From positions 1 through 42,183 of the forward strand of contig JACPEQ010000042.1 of the NCBI GenBank assembly GCA_016183435.1: a DNA stretch of 42,183 bases, given 5' to 3'. Below the pieces are notes generated by a model. The model was not told the origin of the DNA. It saw nothing but the letters and a program-made list of their open reading frames with translations, and ran no database searches. This stretch comes from Chloroflexota bacterium (GTDB taxonomy: Bacteria; Chloroflexota; Limnocylindria; P2-11E). Positions 38,087-42,183 of this stretch are shown here, piece by piece; position 1 is the stretch's first letter; every line of letters starts with the position of its first letter. The position numbers and the translations under genes were made by a program.

Positions 38087-38908
38087 CTGGGAGGGCGCAA
38101 GCCCCGGACCGGCCTCGTCGTCACCGCTGACGACCTCGGGTACAGCCGGGGCGTCGACCGGGCGATCCTCGCCGCATACCGCGACGGGGTCGTGCGGTCG
38201 ACGTCGCTCCTCGTGACCTTCCCGCGCGCGCCCGAGGCGGCCGAGCTCGCACGCGCCGAGCGCGGCCTCGAGGTCGGGCTGCACCTGGACCTCGTCGAGG
38301 GAACGCCGGTCTCGGACCCCTCCGACGTGCCGACGCTCGTCGACGACGACGGGGCCTTCCTCGGACTGGCCCGGCTCTTCGCGCGCGTCGCCACCGGGCG
38401 CGTCCGCGTCGCCGAGATCGCGACCGAGGTCCGTGCGCAGGCGTCCCGCGCCCGCGACCTCGGGACGCCGGCACTGGCCTGGGACTCCCACCAGCACACC
38501 CACCTCTTCCCGCTCGTCGCGCGCGTCGTGGGTGGGATCGCGCGCGAGCAGAGGGTGCGGTGGCTGCGCCGCGCGTGGCCGCTCGGCGGGCCGCGTGGAT
38601 GGAAGGGCACCGCGCTCGGCCTCGCGACCGCGGCGAGCTTCTCCTTCCTCCGCACGGTGCCGGGCAACGACCGGCTCGTCGATCTCACGTTCCGCCGTCC
38701 GCCGGCCGATCCCGCGTGGGTCGGGCTCCTCGCCACACTGGAGGGCGTGGTGGAGGTCGTGACGCACCCGGGCCCGGCCGAGGGGGATCCGAACGACCGG
38801 ATCGCCACGCTCCGCGCGCGCGACCTCGCGCTGCTCACCGACCCGCTCCTGCGTCAGGCGCTCGGCGACGACATCGTGCGCTGGCGGCTACCGGTGAGAC
38901 CGGCGTGA
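38087..38908 (+). CDS. ChbG/HpnK/YdjC family deacetylase (start non-canonical or unclear)
   Basis: LVVTADDLG, GLHLDLVEG, DSHQHTH, EVVTHPG; in the same frame as pnp. Confidence 0.88.
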   Translation: MGGRKPRTGLVVTADDLGYSRGVDRAILAAYRDGVVRSTSLLVTFPRAPEAAELARAERGLEVGLHLDLVEGTPVSDPSDVPTLVDDDGAFLGLARLFARVATGRVRVAEIATEVRAQASRARDLGTPALAWDSHQHTHLFPLVARVVGGIAREQRVRWLRRAWPLGGPRGWKGTALGLATAASFSFLRTVPGNDRLVDLTFRRPPADPAWVGLLATLEGVVEVVTHPGPAEGDPNDRIATLRARDLALLTDPLLRQALGDDIVRWRLPVRPA

Positions 38909-38909
38909 T

Positions 38910-38945
38910 GGGGGGTGGAAGGGGGGCGCAGCCCCCCTGCGAGGG
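38910..38945 (+). repeat. REP-like palindrome (family C), intergenic
   Basis: GGGGGGTGGAAGGGGGGCGCAGCCCCCCTGCGAGGG. Confidence 0.85.
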
Positions 38946-38948
38946 ATA

Positions 38949-39620
38949 GTGCCGGGCTCCACGACCACGGCGGCGCTCGAGCGAGCCGTGCACCGATACC
39001 GCGGCGCGCCCTTCTTCGCGCGGATGTTCGTGCACGGGCGCGCGTTCCTCGCCGACATGGCGCGCGTCGAGGAGTACGTGCCGCGTCACGGCTTCATCGT
39101 CGACCTGGGGTGCGGCCACGGGCTGTTCGCGAACCTGCTCGTGGAGTCGAGTCCCATGCGGCGGGTGCTCGGGCTGGATCACGACGACCGCAAGATCGGG
39201 GTCGCTCGCGGCACGGTCGCTGGCCGGGAGAACCTGCGGTTCGAGGTCGCCGACATCGTCTCGGTGCCGCCGCCGCGGTGCGACGCGATCACGATCGTCG
39301 ATGTCCTCTACCTGATGACCCCAGAGGACCAGGAGCGCGTCCTGAAGGGCGCGGCCGCCGCGCTGAACGAAGGCGCGCCGCTGATCGTCTGGACGCAGGA
39401 GGCGCGGATCGATCCGCGCTACGCGCTCACTTACCTGCAGGAGACCATCTCGGTCAGCCTCGGCTTCACGCGCGGGCGGCACCGGCGGTTCCACTTCCCG
39501 TCGCGGGAGACCGCGCTCGCGATGCTCGAGCGCGCGGGGTTCAGGGCGGAGGTGATCGAGATGCGCCGCCGGCCGTACACCGACGTGCTGTACCTGGCGC
39601 GCAGGGCACCGGCGGCCTAA
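38949..39620 (+). CDS. class I SAM-dependent methyltransferase
   Basis: IVDLGCGHG, VLGLD, DAITIVDVLY. Confidence 0.9.
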   Translation: MPGSTTTAALERAVHRYRGAPFFARMFVHGRAFLADMARVEEYVPRHGFIVDLGCGHGLFANLLVESSPMRRVLGLDHDDRKIGVARGTVAGRENLRFEVADIVSVPPPRCDAITIVDVLYLMTPEDQERVLKGAAAALNEGAPLIVWTQEARIDPRYALTYLQETISVSLGFTRGRHRRFHFPSRETALAMLERAGFRAEVIEMRRRPYTDVLYLARRAPAA

Positions 39621-39639
39621 CGCGGATAATGGCCAGCGC

Positions 39640-40248
39640 ATGAGCGAAGCGCTCGCCGCCATCGCCACCGAGGTGCGCGAGTGCCGGGCCTGTCCTCTCT
39701 GGAGGACCGCCAAGCAGGGCGTCCCGGGCGAGGGGAGCGCCGAGAGCGGGATCCTCTTCCTGGGCGAGGCGCCGGGCTTCAACGAGGACCAGCAGGGACG
39801 CCCGTTCGTCGGCGCCGCGGGGCAGCTCCTCGACGAGCTCCTCGCCGGGATCGGCCTCGACCGCACGAAGGTCTTCATCACCAATGTCGTCCGGCACCGG
39901 CCGCCCGAGAACCGCGACCCGCTCCCCGCGGAGATCGCGGCCTGCGAGGTGTGGACCGCGAAGCAGCTCGCCGCGCTACGCCCGCGGGTGGTCGTCACGC
40001 TCGGCCGCTTCGCGATGGGGAAGTGGCTGCCCGGTGAGTCCATCTCGCGCATCCACGGCAAGCCGCGCGTCGTGGACGGCGTGACCGTCTTCCCGATGTT
40101 CCATCCGGCGGCGGCCCTGCGGTCGCCGTCGCTCCGTCCCGCGATGGTGGCCGACTTCGCCGCTCTCGCGATCTTCATCGCGACCGGTCCCGCCGTGGCG
40201 CCCGAAGCGCCCAAGCCGGCGGCCCAGATGACGCTGTTCGGTGGCTAG
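39640..40248 (+). CDS. uracil-DNA glycosylase, family 4
   Basis: CRACPL, GEAPG, PFVGAAG, RPPENRDP, MFHPAA. Confidence 0.93.
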   Translation: MSEALAAIATEVRECRACPLWRTAKQGVPGEGSAESGILFLGEAPGFNEDQQGRPFVGAAGQLLDELLAGIGLDRTKVFITNVVRHRPPENRDPLPAEIAACEVWTAKQLAALRPRVVVTLGRFAMGKWLPGESISRIHGKPRVVDGVTVFPMFHPAAALRSPSLRPAMVADFAALAIFIATGPAVAPEAPKPAAQMTLFGG

Positions 40249-41912
40249 TGGCTAGTCCTATCCGCATCGTCCCGCTCGGCGGCGTCGGCGAGATCGGGAA
40301 GAACATGCTCGCGCTTGAGCTCGGCGACGACATCCTCGTCGTCGACAGCGGCCTCATGTTCCCCGACGAGGAGATGCTCGGGATCGACCTCGTCATCCCC
40401 GACTTCCGTTACCTGCGCGAGCGAAGGTCGCGCGTCCGTGGCGTCCTGCTGACCCATGGGCACGAGGACCACGTGGGGGGACTCCCCTATCTCATGCGCG
40501 ACCTGCCCGATCTGCCGATCTACGGCACGAAGCTCACGCTCGGCCTGCTGCGCAGCAAGCTGAAGGAGCACCGCCTCGCGGAGCGAGCCGACCTGCGGGA
40601 GATCGCGCCGGGCACACCGTTCCAGGTAGGCAACGCGGCCTGCGACAGCTACACCGTCTGCCACAGCATCCCGGACGCGGTGGGGTTCACCATCGAGAGC
40701 GCCTTCGGGACGATCGTCCACTCCGGTGACTGGAAGTTCGACCACACGCCGGTCGACGGGAAGCAGACGGACTTCGCGCGCCTGGCCGCGATCGCCGCGA
40801 AAGGCGTGCTGCTGCTGCTCTCCGACTCGACGCGCGCCGAGAACGCCGGCTACACGCCCTCCGAGCGGCACGTCGGCGAGATCCTCGAGGGGATCATGTC
40901 CCGCGCGCCGGGCCGCGTCATCACGACGACGTTCGCGTCGAACATCTCGCGCATCAAGCAGATCGTCGACATCGCCGCGGCCTGGGGCCGCAAGACGGCG
41001 ATCATCGGCCGCTCGATGGAGAACTACACGCGGACCGCGCGCGAGCTCGGCTACCTCGACGTCCCCGCGGGTGCGCTGGTGCACCCGAATGAGATCGCGA
41101 AGGTCCCCGACAACGAGATCTCGATCATCACGACGGGCAGTCAGGGCGAGCCGACCAGCGCGCTCTCGCGCATGGCCCTCGGCGACCACCGGCACGTCGT
41201 CGTGAAGGACGGCGACACGGTCGTCATGTCCTCGAGCCCCATCCCCGGCAACGAAGAGCTCGTCAGCCGCACCGTGGACAACCTCTTCAAGCTCGGCGCG
41301 GAGGTCATCTACGAGGCCAATACGCGCCCGCACGTGTCCGGGCACGCGAGCCAGGAAGAGCTCAAGCTCATGCTGAACATCCTGCGGCCCGTCCACTTCA
41401 TCCCGATCCACGGCGAGTACCGGATGCTCGTGCGCCACGCGCGCATCGCGCTGGACCTCGGCGTCGCGCCGGAGAAGGCGTTCGTGATCACGAACGGCGA
41501 CGTCGTCGAGATCGGCGAGCGCGGCGCGCGCGTCGCCGACAAGGTCCCCGTCGGCCAGGTCTACGTGGACGGGCTCGGGGTGGGGGACGTCAGCCAGTCG
41601 GTGATGCGCGACCGCTGGTCGATCGGCAGCGACGGGATCTTCATGATCGTGGCGTCCATCGACCGCAACACCGGCCGCGTCGTGGCCGGCCCGGACATCG
41701 TCACGAAAGGCTTCGTCCCCGAGGAGGACTCCGCCGAGCTCATCGAGGGCGCGAAGCAGCGGATCCTCGAGGGGCTCGCCGAGGCGCAGACGGGCGACCA
41801 CCTCGCCGAGGTGGCCGCGCTGCGCGACGAGATCCACGGGACGGTGAGCAGGTACCTGTACGAGCGCACGAAGCGCCGCCCGATGGTGGTCCCCGTCCTC
41901 ATGCAGCTCTGA
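40248..41912 (+). CDS. rnj: ribonuclease J
   Basis: PLGGVGEIGKN, THGHEDHVG, TGSQGEP, HVSGHA, PIHGE. Confidence 0.97.
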   Translation: MASPIRIVPLGGVGEIGKNMLALELGDDILVVDSGLMFPDEEMLGIDLVIPDFRYLRERRSRVRGVLLTHGHEDHVGGLPYLMRDLPDLPIYGTKLTLGLLRSKLKEHRLAERADLREIAPGTPFQVGNAACDSYTVCHSIPDAVGFTIESAFGTIVHSGDWKFDHTPVDGKQTDFARLAAIAAKGVLLLLSDSTRAENAGYTPSERHVGEILEGIMSRAPGRVITTTFASNISRIKQIVDIAAAWGRKTAIIGRSMENYTRTARELGYLDVPAGALVHPNEIAKVPDNEISIITTGSQGEPTSALSRMALGDHRHVVVKDGDTVVMSSSPIPGNEELVSRTVDNLFKLGAEVIYEANTRPHVSGHASQEELKLMLNILRPVHFIPIHGEYRMLVRHARIALDLGVAPEKAFVITNGDVVEIGERGARVADKVPVGQVYVDGLGVGDVSQSVMRDRWSIGSDGIFMIVASIDRNTGRVVAGPDIVTKGFVPEEDSAELIEGAKQRILEGLAEAQTGDHLAEVAALRDEIHGTVSRYLYERTKRRPMVVPVLMQL

Positions 41913-42183
41913 GCGGAGCAGCGGTCGCGCCGCCGCGGCGCTTCAGGTGCTTCAGCTGGGTGTGCCCCTCGCGCTCCTGCTCGCGCAGCACGGCGGCGAT
42001 GCGCCGGACCTCGCGATCGAGCGCGGGGATGACCGCGTAGCGCAGCGCGTTCACTCGGCGCGCGGTGCGCTGGATCTCGCCACCGACCCGGCGGATGCGC
42101 ACGTCGGCCTCCGCGTAGCGCACCAGCGCGAGCAGCTCCTCCTCGAACGACTCCGCGACCCGGTCCACCGACGCCGAGCTGAA
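41899..42183 (-). CDS. V/A-type ATP synthase subunit D, partial (3' end)
   Basis: EIQRTARRVNALRYAVIP..EQERE..LK; frame open to the window edge. Confidence 0.85.
   Translation of the reverse strand, partial: FSSASVDRVAESFEEELLALVRYAEADVRIRRVGGEIQRTARRVNALRYAVIPALDREVRRIAAVLREQEREGHTQLKHLKRRGGATAAPLRAA

Noticed and set aside
35480-38767. 1095-aa antisense ORF, and similar long ORFs such as 18294-20636, 23413-25248 and 8296-9960
   Set aside because: Shadow frames of well-supported genes; high GC3 codon bias removes stop codons and no motifs are recognisable
40241-40256. GTGGCTA tandem duplication at the udg/rnj junction
   Set aside because: Only 7 nt; it simply yields a TAGTG stop-start overlap

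Overview
High-GC bacterial chromosome segment, mostly housekeeping and centred on translation. A monoderm lineage is inferred (T-box, RNase J, MutS2, YlxR, lipoprotein SBP, Pro/Ser/Thr tails); Chloroflexota-like is a guess. Gene order: tRNA-Val(GAC) with a small decayed island (pRiA4b-ORF3 protein, BrnT/BrnA); membrane protein; Thr T-box and thrS; broken GNAT; L20-leader-like RNA, infC-rpmI-rplT; pheST; peptide ABC transporter (SBP and two permeases); mpg; mutS2; Nudix; class A PBP divergent from tyrS; TPR protein; EF-G2 divergent from yebC-ruvC-ruvA; a Phd/VapC module bracketed by a duplicated ruvA 3' end; rimP-leader, nusA-ylxR-infB-rbfA-truB, GT-C glycosyltransferase, ribF-rpsO-pnp, ydjC, methyltransferase, udg, rnj; 3' end of V/A-ATPase subunit D. 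I see no clear new multi-gene system. The most unusual signals are: (1) several conserved genes that need near-cognate starts (CTG, ATC, ACG, ATA), mostly at stop-start overlaps, beside an IF3 with a long extension; (2) dispersed REP/MITE-like palindromic repeats, several sitting in-frame in protein linkers and termini, two inside mutS2; (3) the ruvA-bracketed toxin-antitoxin mini-island; (4) leaderless and bidirectional promoters; (5) an exact 60-nt in-frame duplication.
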